DNA of 63,927 bases, filler included, from Octopus bimaculoides (Eukaryota): NCBI RefSeq assembly GCF_001194135.2. It is 6 parts of 6 records of this genome, joined end to end, with 100 filler letters (N's around TTAATTAATTAA, not from the genome) between each part and the next. Parts side by side here need not be neighbours in the genome. Positions count along the whole stretch, not along the records: positions 26,615 to 54,570 come from NC_068987.1; 5 more parts are not named here. The stretch is one strand, 5' to 3'. Numbering within the stretch: position 1 is the stretch's first letter; each line of letters starts with the position of its first letter. Below the pieces are notes generated by a model, which worked only from the letters and a program-made list of their open reading frames with translations, had not been told where the DNA came from and made no database searches. Both the position numbers and the translations under genes were made by a program. Positions 37,728 to 52,208 of the stretch are shown piece after piece.

Positions 37728-37939
37728 GTCCCCTGTCCGGATGTATATCGTGGAAAGTATCGAGACTGTAACTTCCCAGAAAAAGCAGACCTTGGCCAGA
37801 TGTACGCTGATGAAATTAAGTCAGTTGTTGATGCATTAGCAAAAGAAGGAAAGAAACCAGCCTGTTTCATTGCAGAATCTCTACAGAGTTGTGGGGGACA
37901 AATTATTTATCCTAATGGATACCTGAGTAAAGCATTTCA
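37728..37939 (+). CDS. ETNPPL: ETNPPL/PHYKPL exon
   Basis: TCTAG|VPCPDVYRGKYRD...FIAESLQSCGGQIIYPNGYLSKAF(Q)|GTGTGT; matches human APTPDTYRGKYRE...AFIAESMQSCGGQII. Confidence 0.95.
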
Positions 37940-39078
37940 GTGTGTATTTTTATTTAATGTTTTTCCCCCCTTCACACATTCTCCCTATTATTTTTTACTC
38001 CTCTCACTTTCAAATGCATTTTCCTTCTTTTCTTTTTCTTCCATTATCCTTCCATATTTTTCTATGTACCCTCTTTCAACTAATAATCTTTCCTTGTCAT
38101 CCCGTAAGTGATATTCTCATACAAAGCCACAAATTTGTTGGGGTAAAACTGAGGTGTCACTTTTTGATTATCAAGAGCCGAAGTGTGTTAAATTTCCAGA
38201 GCTTCATAAGCATGGATTCTGGATCCTTTATCTCTAGTGGGGATACATTTTCATTTTTCAGTGGAAAAGGTTGACCTCTCTAAGATCACTATACCATTTT
38301 ATGTGTCTTTATTTATGAACTGGCATTAGGCAGTTAAAATGCATTTTAGTCACTCTTCCCCCACCACCAGCCGAGCTCATATTTCTGTGTGCTGAAACAT
38401 TAACTCAGCTTTAGTTGGGAAAACATGAAGGGAAAATAGAAGAACGCTTTTAGATTTTGAAAGACTGGTTACATCTCCATCACACACAAGTGCTTCATCC
38501 CTCTTACAGCATCCACCATATTTTATTTTATAGGGAGTAAATGTAGGAAATTCTATACAGAACTTTCTTCATGGTGGGAATTAGAATCTAAAGAGGGAGT
38601 ATATTTTTACATTTGAATGAAACTAAAAACAACATATTTTTTATAGTTCAATTCCAACTTCAGCTGCAATATTTTAAAGTTTTCACTTCTGCATCTGTTT
38701 TCACTCTTGCCAGTCCCTGCTATTAACAAGCAACATTTTTTACAGCCAAAACATTATTGTTATTGAGGCAAAATTCAAAAAGTATAAATGATAAAAAATT
38801 ATATTTTTTCATTGTATTTAAACTAGAGTAAAAAGTAAATTTTATAAATTGACTAAAAAAATTAAAGTAAATTATATAAAAATGTCGTTGAGGAACCTTA
38901 GATAAAAGAAAACATGCCAACATAGCAGCAATAGATTACTTAAATGACACCAATTAGAAAGCAGTACAGCAAATATGAATTAACCAAAAGGGGTCTGATC
39001 ATAGTCATGTTCTCAAAATTGAATAAAATAAATAAAAATAATGATGAATACTCATGTACTTGTACATGATGAACAAAT

Positions 39079-39137
<59 letters not shown>

Positions 39138-39582
39138 CCTTTCTACTATAGGCACAAGGCCTGGAATTTGGGGGATAGGGCTAGTCGATTATGTTGACCC
39201 CAGGGCTTTACTGGTACTTAATTTATCGACCCCGGAAGGAAGAAAGGCAAAACTAACCTCGACAGAATTTGAACTCAGAACGTGAAGATGGACGAAATAC
39301 CACTAAGCATTTCACCCAGCATGCTAACGATTCTACCAGCTCACCGCCTTTAATAATGTAACATAAATAAAGTGTCAAATGTTTTGGTGTGTGACATTTA
39401 GCTCTCCCTGTATATACTCCAGCAATGATTCTTAAATTCTCTAATGGTTCTTGCTTCGAATTTTTCCTTGACACCAAATATTACAACTATTTCCCTGTAT
39501 CAGTGTATAACAATTCATTTTATTCAATTTTATATCATTCATTATTAATGTTTATCTTGTTTTCCATTGAACTGTCAATTAT

Positions 39583-39962
39583 GGTTGGCACTCCGTCGCT
39601 TACGACATCGAGGGTTCCAGCTGGTCCGATCAACGGAACAGCCTGCTCGTGTAATTAACGTGCAAGTGGCTGAGCACTCCACAGACACGTGTACCCTTAA
39701 CATAGTTCTCAGGGATATTCAGCGTGACACAGTGTGACAAGGCTGACCCTTTGAATTACAGGTACAACAGAAACAAGAAGAAAGAGTGAGAGAAAGTTGT
39801 GGTGAAAGAGTACAGCAAGGTTCGCCACTGCCCTCTGCTTGAGCCTTGTGAAAATTTAGGTGTTTTCGCTCAATAAACACTCACAATGCCTAGTCTGGGA
39901 ATCGAAACCGTGATCCTACAACCACAAGTCTGCTGCCCTAACCACTGGGCCATTGCGCCTCC
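39583..39962 (-). mobile_element. SINE family C, full length with a 12-bp TSD
   Basis: TSD ACTGTCAATTAT at 39571-39582 and 39963-39974. Confidence 0.85.
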
Positions 39963-41210
39963 ACTGTCAATTATACTACCCAACAAATTCCATTAACTTT
40001 GAAATATCAAAACACCCTGTCCAATAAGCTTTAGATGTTTAAATTGTCCAACTAATCCTCTCTGCACCATCTAATACCATTTCACACCATTGTATTGTCT
40101 CAAAGCATCACTTTTGTCTGATGATATTGGTTATGTGAAACTTGGAGTAATAGTTTGTGAAGTTTTTTTTTTTTTTTCACTGTGTGTATGTGTGTGTGTG
40201 TGTGTGTGTGTGCTGGTACAACATAAAAAGTACCCAGTACACTCTGTATAGTGGTTGGCATTAGGAAGGGCATCCAGCCATAGAAACCATGCCAGAACAG
40301 GCAATGGAGCCTGGAGCGGCCCCTGGTCTTATAGCTCCTGTCAAACCATCCAACCCTTGCCAGCATGGAAAAGGGACATTAAATGATGCGGCAGGTGAAT
40401 ATATATTTGTATACATACATACATACATACATGTGTATTGAAGGCACATTGCCCAGTGGTTACAGTGTTGAAGTCATGATCATATGATTGTGGTTTCAAT
40501 TCCTGGACTGGGCTGTGTGTTATGATTTTGATCAAAACAATTTATTTCACATAACTCTATGATCACTTTGACATCTGATGTGTGGCACTCTTGGCCCCTG
40601 TACAGGCACCCTGGGCCCCTGTTGATTTGATGGAGGGAGAGAGCTAATGTACAATACAAGTGTTTGATCACTGCATATAAATCATCTGTACTGGTACTTC
40701 AGCAAGAAATTGTGAACTTTCATTTGTCATTTGCAAGGGAGTCAACCATGTGTATCATCATTATCATCATCATTTAATGTCCATTTACCATGCTGGCATG
40801 GATTGGTCGGTATGACAACAGCTAGCAAGTCAAAGGACAGTGCCAAGCTTTATTGTCTGCTTTGGCATATTTTCTACAGCTGGATGCCTTTCCTAATGCT
40901 AACCACTTTATCAATTACACTGGGTGTGTTTTCTGTGTGGTACTAGCACTGGAGAGGGTCTCCAAGTAGCTGACGAGACAAAGACCCTGCAACTGGTAGG
41001 GGGAGTAGTATTGAGGGAGGTAACTTCATACCAGTTGATGAGAGGTTAAAAAAAATGCTAGAGGGATAGGAATAGGTGTCTTGCTATAGAAGAGATACAA
41101 GGATGCTCCAGTTGGAGAAAAAGCTGAGAGATTGAGAGAGAGAGATGGTAATAGAAATGAATCAGAACATAGCCTCAAGGTACAGTGGCAGGTGAATATA
41201 AGTGAAGTGA

Positions 41211-41850
<640 letters not shown>

Positions 41851-43169
41851 CTATTTACGGGCCATACACTTGTTGTTTTTTTGCCTTACGTCATAGTTTT
41901 CACTGTGGAAATCTGTGATCATAGGTATTCAAACCAGGACCATTCTATTTTTTAAGGTTTTTTTTTGTTTGTCTTTTCTGTAGGTCACTGTATTTTGAGA
42001 AATCATCATCAGTTTATCACTTTTATGATGGTGGAGTATGATTTGATGGAGATTTGTTTGCTATTTCTTGTAGAGTGAGCAGTCAGATTTAGACCTCTTT
42101 GCTGGTTGATTTATTTTGTAATTATTGTATATTTACATCAGAAAGAGGGCAAAACAGTTTACCTTCTGAACATTCATGATGCACTCCATGTTAGAGTTCT
42201 GCTGTAATCTATGACCACGCAGCTGCTACTCTCACAGACACAATACACAGCATGTAATGAAAGACCACTGAACAGATGTGTCCATTCATGACTTACTGCA
42301 ACAAATTAGAACCATGACTCAACATGGTGTACCACCATGACTCACCATCCATCACTCTCCAATCATAAATCAGAAGATTGGAAATGAAGGACACTGCTTG
42401 CATGATGGTGATGCTCATTTACAATTATCGCACAATATCAAGGCAAAGAGACAGTAACACACACATACACATATATGCATGTGTATACAATGGGCTTCTT
42501 TCTGTCTCTACTAAATCCACTTGCAAGACTTTGGTTATCTCAAGGCTATGGCAGAAGATATATCATCTTCATCATCATCACCACCATCCCTTAACGTCCA
42601 TTTTCCTAGCTGGCATGGGTTAGATGGCTTGATCAGAGCAAGCAAGCCAGAGAGCTGTACCAGATTCCAGTCAGATTTGGCTTGGTTTCTATGGCTGGAT
42701 ACCTTTCCTAATACCAGCCAATTTACAGTGTGTGCTGGATGCTTTTAATGTGGCACTGGTACAAGCATCTTTATGTGATGCTGGCACAAGTGCTTGTTAG
42801 GTGGCGCTGGCAAAGGACTTTTGCAGGCCAATCCTCTTCACCAGGAGATGTGGTCTTAACGATTCTGCTGTGGAGGACAAATCTTATTTAGTACAGCAAG
42901 GTGCCAAGTGTCTTGGTACTTTGTCATCTCATCTGAAAGGTTCAGTGTCTTCATATACATACATGCATACATACACTAGCTGGTGTACCTGGTAATTCTC
43001 GGTGGGTAAAGATGTTCTATTGAAACGCCTTATTACTCTGATATAAGAAAGCAATTTCGTTATAACTGCCACAAAAGGTGTATTTTCTGTCATGAAAACG
43101 TACAGAAACTGTCAACTGGAGGAGGGAGAGATTGTCGGAGGTTGGTGAGAGAGGTTGTCAGAGGTTCTT

Positions 43170-43516
43170 CGAATGTCTGACCCTGTACTTTTGTTGGTGC
43201 TCATTGCAAAGCTTAATCTCAGTGGGAATTGTAGCCTTTTGAAATCAATTAGTGTGTTGGAAGGAATCAGAGGAATGTTTGGAATGAAAACATCTTAACC
43301 ACTGGCTTTTCCAGTCAGTATTGTTGCTTCCAACAGTGTCTGCATCAATTTTTTGATAAGTCTTGTGCCGTTGCATAACTTTGGAGGATCGAGGTTTCTT
43401 AAAAGCATAACTGGGGCTCCAACCTTTAGATGCAATTTATGCGGTGGTAGACCTGAAGTTGCAAGGTTATTGAAGAATTCAACGGGGTAATGAACAGCAC
43501 CATTGGTGTGGAGCAC
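43170..43516 (-). mobile_element. Helitron PIF1-helicase fragment
   Basis: YPVEFFNNLATSGLPPHKLHLKVGAPVMLLRNLDPPKLCNGTRL ... VFIPNIPLIP ... FKRLQFPLRLSFAMSTNKS, the canonical Helitron helicase motifs. Confidence 0.9.
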
Positions 43517-44361
43517 AGTATCAATTGACGTGTATGTTTTAAAGGTGAACTTTACGAAGGCTAATTTATTAAAGGTAATATATGAATGTAGTATATATGT
43601 ATGAAAACAATGAAATGGGTTATTTCCCTTGAATGTTTAAAAATAGTGTAGTTGGTGTGAGTTATTTCCCTTGGGTGTTTTAAAAAAAAAAACAACATAG
43701 TTATATAATGGATATATAAACGTCCCTTCCAGAGGCCGTATTATCGATTTTTTCAACAATCTAAGTATGTCACGAGATTTCCAGACATGAGTTCTACTCA
43801 AGTGACAAGTTTCATCAAAATCAATAAAACGATGTACTAAGAGTTAGTTAACAACGCCTCAAACAAACATACACTGATTTTCCACATATGTAGTAAATAC
43901 ATGTGCGCACGCACAAACACACCCACACAAACAATGTTTTTTTTTTTTTTTAGTGTCCACCATTCCCTTTTAGTATGGTCCAAGGGAGACAATCTTTTTC
44001 TCAGGGTGCTTTTTTTTCTGCCTTTAAATTCTTTTATAATTCTATAAACTAGTGCTCGTTCACAGACACACAATCCCCCCTCTCTCTCACACATACACGT
44101 TATAAAGGATATAGCTTTTTTTAAAATCAAAACTGAAGCTAAGAGTTTGTCTCACAACTCCGGTTTCATGTTACTGATCACACCTGTTGATTGCAACAGC
44201 AAGAAATTTGAGTCACAAGACAAATCCTCAGATTCATCATCATCATCATCGTCCATAAAGTCGTGATGCAAACTCTCAGCTTCAGTTTTAATACGAAGCT
44301 ATGTCCACTATAACATGTATTGAGCACTCTTTTCTGAAATTAAGCAATTGCATATATAAGT

Positions 44362-44529
44362 GCAGGAGTGGCTGTGTGGTAAGTAGCTTGCTTACCAACC
44401 ACATGGTTCCAGGTTCAGTCCCACTGCGTGGCACCTTGGGCAAGTGTCTTCTACTATAGCCTCGGGCCGACCAAAGCCTTGTGAGTGGATTTGGTAGACG
44501 GAAACTGAAAGAAGCCTGTCGTATATATG

Positions 44530-44563
<34 letters not shown>

Positions 44564-44770
44564 AATGTGTTTGTGTGTCTGTGTTTGTCCCCCCAACATC
44601 GCTTGACAACCGACGTTGGTGTGTTTACGTCCCCGTAACTTAGCGGTTCAGCAAAAGAGACCGATAGAATAAGTACTATGCTTCCAAAGAATAAGTCCTG
44701 GGGTCGATTTGCTCGACTAAAGGCGGTGCTCCAGCATGGCCACAGTCATTGACTGAAACAAGTAAAAGAG
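44362..44770 (+). mobile_element. SINE family A, intact reference copy
   Basis: tRNA-like head GCAGGAGTGGCTGTGTGGTAAG...GGTTCAGTCCC, CORE-like CCTTGGGCAAGTGTCTT, internal (AT)/(GT)n, 3' module ending ACTGAAACAAGTAAAAGAG. Confidence 0.88.
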
Positions 44771-44785
44771 TAAGCACCCTAATGA

Positions 44786-44941
<156 letters not shown>

Positions 44942-45129
44942 TAACGTGTTACCACTAGTTATTTCTGACTGAGATGATGCTGTAAGGAGCTTATAGAAAA
45001 GTTTGTATGTTAATGTAGTGAGTGGAGAAATTTTGTGGTGATGTGAGGAAGTGTTTGTAGTGATGTTATCATCATCATTTGGTTGGTCAACTTGCCCAGA
45101 CCGATAAGTCATATTGGTCTATTGGTAGC

Positions 45130-45455
45130 TGAAGGTGCATGGCTTAGTGGTTAGGGTATTCAGCTCATGAACGTAAGGTCACAAGTTCAATTCCCGGTGA
45201 TGTGTTGTTTCCTTAAGCAAGACTCTTTATTTTACATTGCTCCAGTCCACTCAGCTGGCAAAAGTGAATAGTACTACTTATATTTCAAAGAGTCAGCCTT
45301 GTCACTCTCTGTGTCATGCTGATTCTTCCTGAGAACTATGTTAAATGTACACTTGTCTGTGGAGTGTTCAACCACTTGCACATAAATTTCACAAGCAGGC
45401 TGTTCCATTGATTGGATCAACTGGAACCCTCATCGTCGTAATCGATGGAGTGCTA
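45130..45455 (+). mobile_element. SINE sharing the family C 3' domain, CpG-decayed
   Basis: GTCACTCTCTGTGTCATGCTGA...CACTTGCACATAAATTTCACAAGCAGGCTGTTCC...CTGGAACCCTC is the reverse complement of the block in the 39583-39962 copy. Confidence 0.7.
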
Positions 45456-46817
45456 AGTAGTTATATCATCTGCACATATCACAAATATGGATAATAGCAG
45501 TAGTTTGCTTACTGAACAAGTTGATCCTGGCCATTGACAGTTTGTTATCTATTCATCTGCTCAGAATCTAGTAATATTCACCATTGATTCAATAAGTCCG
45601 TTGCCAAAATAGTCCACATCCATCATGTTTCATCTCATGATTTCAATGTAACTTTGGTGCAGTTGGTTACTAGGTGCTAGGCTTCTCCAAGAGGACACCT
45701 GTGACTTGGTTCTGAGTCTGATTTTAAATTGCATGAAGTCCTGGTTCAAAAGTTCCAGGGTTTTGAAGAGTGTAGAACCTCTTCTTAGCTAATATTGTTC
45801 CTAAGTCCCCTCTGACTCAGAGTAGTAGCACCTGTCAGGGTCACAGCTATTATGGTTAATTAGCATGTTAATATGGTTAATTATGTTTAATTAGCTTGTA
45901 AATAAAGGTCAGCTGTGAACATGTGGAAATGTAGTGGTATAGTTAGGGAGTTTCTATAGTAACAGGGAATTTCTATAGTGATGTAAAGAAGGAGTTTCCA
46001 TGGTGATGTAGTGATGTAGGGAAATAGTGAGGGAGTTTCCACAATAATGACACCCCTATGCTCTATCAACATACTTTCTACACCGATGTAGTGATGGAAT
46101 TTCCAAAGTGATGTTACAAGAGAGCGTTGTAGTACTGGAGTTTTCAAAATGATGTTGCAAATGAGTTTTGTTGGTCTAGTGAGAGAGAATTTGTACACTG
46201 ATAGCAATGAAATATATCAGTTCCTATCATACTTGTGCAAATTATATACACAACAGGGTTCATTATGTATAGAACAAACAACTGAGCATTTGAAAATTCA
46301 TCTCCGCCTTAAAGAGAATGAAATGTATACAAGAGGACAGTCTGAAAGACAACAAACAAAATTGAAAGGTAGCTACATTATTAAAAGAATCAAAATCTGA
46401 ATAACTCTTTCATTGGCTGAATTTCCTGGAACTGGCTGGAACTGAGTTTCAAGTTGTTTTTTGGCCCCATGTCATGCTCATCAATGTCTTGAACTGACTG
46501 AGTAAAGCTGTGATCAAAATGTTTTTAATGGTGAACTTTCTAAGAGTGTCTAGGACTACATTTTCCACTGTGCCTTTCCTTGTTTAAAATGGCAGAATCT
46601 GTTTTGAAGGAGGTTTGGTTGCCATTTCTAGTAGTTTGAATAATCCTGTAGAGGCTTCCTCATTGGTTTGTTAATAATTTTTGTCTTACTAAGTTAAGTA
46701 TAGGTGCAGGTATGGCTGCAATCCCACTGCACAGCACCCTGGGTAAGTGTCTTCTACTACAGCCCCGGGATGATCAAAACATTGAGGGTAGATTTGGTGA
46801 ATGGAAACTAAAAGAAT

Positions 46818-46851
<34 letters not shown>

Positions 46852-47261
46852 TATATCTACCTACTTATCTGTTTGTCTGTTTTTATGTGTGTGTGTATCT
46901 ATGTAGCTATATCTATCTACTTACCTGTCTGTCTGTCTTTATGTGTTTGTATTTGTGTGTGAGTTCAGGTTTGTCACCTTCCACCACTTGACAACCAGTG
47001 TTATTTTGTTTACATCTCCATAAGCTAGCAGTTTGGCAAAAGAAACAGACAGAGTAGGTTCCAGGCTTAATAAATCCAATTTCTTCAAACAAACCTTTAG
47101 AGCAGTGCTCCCGTATGGCCACAGTCCAATAACCAAAACAGATACCCAATAAAAGATATACTGAAGTCAGTAGTGTTATGCTTCATAGATGTTCCTTCAG
47201 CATTTTGTAAGCCATCACTTTTGTTATTTAATTTCTGTTAGTTTTTTTTTTTCTGTTTTAG

Positions 47262-47416
47262 TTTGGTGGAAACCCCGTGTCTTGTGCTATTGCATTGGCT
47301 GTGATGGATGTCATTGAGAATGAGGAATTGTTGAAAAATGCTCAAGAGATTGGAAGTTATTTACTGTCAAAGCTTAATGATTTGAAATCAAAATATTCCA
47401 TCATTGGTGACGTTAG
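47262..47416 (+). CDS. ETNPPL: ETNPPL/PHYKPL exon
   Basis: TTTTAG|FGGNPVSCAIALAVMDVIENEELLKNAQEIGSYLLSKLNDLKSKYSIIGDV(R)|GTAAGA. Confidence 0.96.
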
Positions 47417-48174
47417 GTAAGAACTTTTTATTACTCTTCAATTTCTTTTCTTCTAATGTTTTGCATCCAATCATTATAAGCTGTTAGAACAATTGTTATT
47501 TACACTCGATGCTCTACTTAGTATTTACTAATTTAATTATGAAATTATAAACCTTTAATCATTTTAATTGAGACTCTTACTTCATTCTATGATACAAAAT
47601 TCTGGTTTTAAAGTGATCTAAATGAAAACTATCAGAATTCCATGTTAAGTTCTGCTCCAAAAACCAGCTGAATAATGACAAAATTATTTTTGTAAGTTCT
47701 TCATCATTTTTCAAAATTAATTGAAACAGTGACAATGTATTTCTGTAGAGAGGTGGTAACAAAAGGGTTAATTAGATTTGAACTTATGGCTGCTCATTTG
47801 TTCAACATCCATTTATATGTGTCAGGATACTTTAGGTAACATCCTTTTATAACTTGATGCCCTTCTTGCTGCTAATCCTTAGCTGTTTCTCAAGTAAGGA
47901 AGTTTTCATTTCATTTGTCTTCGAAAGCACTGAGTTATCAGGTAATTTGTTGACAGTGGTATGACAGCAGAGAACACTGACTGTAACTCATTGATTTTTC
48001 ACATAATCATAAAATGCAAACATTCAAACAGGCTGGTACATACATACACATACACACAGATGCACATGTGAGTACAGCTGTTTCTGGGTGAAACTGACCC
48101 TACATAGTTGCAAAGCAAACTTCTTAACCATTTGCCATGTCTGTGCCTCTGTAATCACTAATGTTGTAACTTAA

Positions 48175-48379
48175 CTCTTTAACATTTAAACCGTCTGTAT
48201 CTGACCCAAATATTTCTACTTATTTTATGTTCAAGCTGGTAAGTTCTGGCCTCTTGTCCTTTTAAAGATAAACAATCACATCATCAAAATCTCAAAGCTA
48301 CCAGATAATGCATGATCAATTCAAAGCAATGTGAATAAATAAGCATTACATTCAACAGGATAATGTGAGTGTTAAAGGG
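48175..48379 (+). mobile_element. piggyBac-type MITE, copy 3
   Basis: TTAA-CTCTTTAACATT ... GTGTTAAAGGG-TTGA. Confidence 0.65.
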
Positions 48380-49820
48380 TTGATGTTTCTGTCACTCTTA
48401 TCTTCCTTACAGCCAGTGGTTAAGAGTGAGTCCATCATGGAAATGTAAAAGTAATATTATTCCTTTGGTAACTAAATAAGAAACAAGATAAAAGGTTGCA
48501 TTCATGACTATTTTTAGGGTCTCTGAGTCTAATTAGTAGAAGGGAAGAAATATCCTCAGACTAGAACCTAGCCCTAATGTTTGCAACAATGTGGACTCTG
48601 CTAAAAACATCTGAGTTCCAGGTGGTGGCATTGAACTAAACAATGGATTAAGTCTATCATACAAGAATATGAACTGTCCTTCTGAAGGGCTTCCACACAG
48701 TTTCTATTTAGCAAATTTCACTCAGATGGCTTTGATTGATCCAATACTAGCCCAAAGTGCTGTACAGTAGAATAGAACTTGAAACCATTCCTTTACATTG
48801 TTAAACTTCTTAATCACACCTGCCTGTGTCCACTCCTCAGGCATGAATGCAGATGTTTATGTTTTCACAAAGAAACATGACCCACCATTCCAACAATTGT
48901 GGTTGAATAACTATGTAGATAAAATGTTACACTGCGAGATAATGTGTCAAGAGGTCAAATCTTTGAAAAGTGTCATCAGCATTGTTGTTTTATGTCTGCT
49001 TTTCCATGCTGGCATAGGTTGAACAGTTTTTCTGAGGGAGTATTTCATACTTAGATGTCCTTCAGTTGCTAATCTTTTTTAATTGTCTCTTACAACATGC
49101 AGGGACATAGTGTATCTATTCTTAAATTATGAAATGCACAGTAACACACTCCACATTTTTCCAGCATGTGTTTGTTGATGTTTGAGCATGTGCATCTTAT
49201 TATTCATGGGGTTTCAAATGCAAATTAGTCCATGAAGTTGTAAGTTCATCAAAATATTTGTAAGTTCATATAAATATATTTTGAGAATTGAGTGATGTCA
49301 TGAATATGTGTTGTGTATATGTTATGCATATCTGTGCAGTTTAGAATTCCAGCATCAGATCTGATCTGTCTATTCATTTTGAAGTCCCACATTGTCTTGT
49401 GTAACCTAGTGTATTATCCATAATGAAGACAATTACCACTGTTGTTAAGTCTATCACTTGAAGATTGTGGAAATCCTTTCCACGTGAATCCATTGGTAGC
49501 TTTGTTAATCCATAAATAAAATATGTGTGTGTGTGTGTATTGACATTACGTGATAGTTGTAAAATGATTATCACTGTTATACAAGTTGTGTCATTCATTT
49601 CCAATCTTCTGCATGAACATGTGTTGCCATGAGGAAATACTATGTTACTTGGAAACAGGTGAGGTTTGGTGACAAGAAGGATATGCAGCCATAGAAGACC
49701 TGCCTTTAGCATACACTGTCTGACCCCTGCAAGTATGGAAAAGTGGACTTTAAATGATGATGATGATGATGATGATGACGATGATATCATTGCTGTAAAT
49801 GTTCTTTTTAAATTTTACAG

Positions 49821-49910
49821 AGGCATTGGATTATTTATTGGCATTGATTTAGTGGTCGATAGGACAAGTCGTGAACCGGCAACAGATAAAGCTTCACAGA
49901 TAATTAACAG
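49821..49910 (+). CDS. ETNPPL: ETNPPL/PHYKPL exon
   Basis: TTACAG|A GIGLFIGIDLVVDRTSREPATDKASQIIN AG|GTTAGT. Confidence 0.96.
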
Positions 49911-51740
49911 GTTAGTTTTTAACAGCTGGCACCTTCTTTTATTAGATATGCTTTTACTAGCTTCAGTCACTGGACTATGTTCATACTGGCGCAATATCTT
50001 CAAGGGTTTTTTTTTTTTTTTCACTTCTGTATGTCAGTTATCCCAATCCTTAGTCTGGTATTCAATTTACTGAGCAGTCAACTGAAGGCTGTTGCAATAC
50101 TTGTGCCAGGTGCTATGCAGTAGAATCGAACCCATAATCATGTAACTTCAGAGGGAACTTTTGAGCCTCACTGCCATGCTTTGCATTAAGTTTTCACTGT
50201 ACAGTTGCTCCCTACTCCTAGTACATCAAATATATCCACTTATTAGGAATGGTATTTTCTGTCCCTTGAAGGAAGAGGCTATTAGATGCTAAAAGTTACA
50301 AGGTGATAAATATACCATATCACCTTGTATATAATAGATCATGTTGTATGTAATATTGGTTTCAAATTTTGTTGCAAGGCCAGCAATTTTGGGGAAGAGA
50401 GTAAGTCGATTTCATTGGCCCTAGTTCTCAATTGATACTTATTTTATCAACCCCAAAAGGATGAAAAGCAAAGTCAACCTTGATGAATTTTGAACTCAGG
50501 ATGTAAAAGCGGATGAAATGCCACTAAGCATTTTGCCCTGCATGCTAACAGTTCTGCCAGCTTGTCACCTCCATGTTGTATATAATATTACAATTCTGGA
50601 CACTAAATGAAAAACAGTGCATACTGCATTAAAAGCCCCTAAAACATCACATAAATCATTCTACAATGGCACGATATTAAGTACTCTTTCTCACATTCAT
50701 TACTACCTATATCTATGAAAACAGTCAGACACAAAAGATAACTTTTTCAACATGAGCAGTGTTATAAAGAAAGGAAGTTGAAAATGCCTTTGTGGTCTTT
50801 TGAACTCCCGGTCATTGAAATGCTGTCATTTTTGTTGGGCACCTGTCTCTTGGGTTATAATCAAATTCCAATACTTTGTCTGGTTAAATATCTAAAAGGT
50901 ATTTATAGAATTTAGAGAAGGCAACTGTAAAACAGATATCAATGAAACAAGAACCAAACAATGTATTGGGATTTAAATAAAACCTAAGAAATTGATACCT
51001 CACAATGACTGCAATTCAATGACTGAAAATTTTGAAAGACTCTAAGTGCATTTTCAACTTTCTTTATATTTCTATTCATGTGGAAAAAGTCTCTATCTCT
51101 GTGTGAATATGCATGTATGTGCATGGATGGATAGACATAAGTAGTAATAAATGTCAGAAAGAATGCTTGTAATTTTTATGTGATATGTTTTAGGTTCTTT
51201 TTTATGCTTTGTGTATTGTGTTTATCATATAGTATCTTGTATTGCAATATTATACACAATGTAATATAGTTTACGCAAGGTGATGTATTATATTTATCAG
51301 TGTGTAACTTTCAGCATCTCCTAGTTGCTCCCTTCAACCCCCATGAGCCTTGCCATACCATTCTGTGGTTTCTCCTGTATGCCAACTCAGATGAATAGTT
51401 AAAAGAAACCTGGAAATAGGGTCTCTAATCAAAAGGCTTAAGGGCAAATATATCAAAGATGAATGTCTCAGCAGAAGAGAAACACAAAATACTACTTCAA
51501 ATAAGAAAGTAGTCCTGTTTGATATATAGAATCAGAGAAGGTGGGAATTTTACAGTTATGCTTTATGAGAAGCATAGTTTGTGCATATGAAGTTCGCTTT
51601 ATAATCAAGTGTACTCTGCTGTAGCCATGGGGTGACCAATGTTTTGTGTGTGGAATCGGTTGGGAAAAACTGTACAGAAGTCTGGTGTGTCTATTTGTGT
51701 GTGTGTATGTGTGTATACATGCATGTGTATATGAATATGA

Positions 51741-51775
<35 letters not shown>

Positions 51776-51799
51776 AATAAATAGAGAAAGAGAGCTGGA

Positions 51800-52019
51800 T
51801 ATGAAGGGTACTGTAAAGTTTCTGGCTTTAGGTAAAAGTAAATACTGGAGGATTAATTAATTATGATTTTATTCAACACATTTCTCTCTCAGATTTGCAC
51901 ACTTTTTGCAGTGGTCCTTCAGTTTTCCTAAGCCCTGTAAAAGAAATTGGAAGGTTGGGCCTTCAACCAGGCCTTTTGCAATACCCTTAAATCCAGGAAC
52001 TTTTCACCACATCCTCTTA
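51800..52019 (+). mobile_element. mariner-type MITE, copy 3 (CpG-decayed)
   Basis: Homologous to the copies at 11989 and 15499, with CG>TG changes. Confidence 0.7.
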
Positions 52020-52027
52020 TGTGTGTG

Positions 52028-52208
52028 TGTGTGTGATGTTGATAGTCTATGCTTTCATTTGTTACTGCCTGAGTTAAAAGTTGATGTAGTGTTTACATTT
52101 CCTGTTGAAAATACATACAAAGTGCTCTGCACTCCTGAAGACAATAAATGAAAAAAAGAAAAATCCCTTATTTACAAAACAAATAAGTGTTGGTAACTGG
52201 AAGAGCAC
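52028..52208 (+). repeat. 181-bp segment repeated identically at 53871-54051 (probable assembly overlap)
   Basis: Direct comparison; each copy abuts an N gap. Confidence 0.9.

Noticed and set aside
37800-38111. ORF extension beyond ...SKAFQ (likewise 41250-41504 and 49666-50073)
   Set aside because: Homology stops at the splice sites; the remainder is intron.
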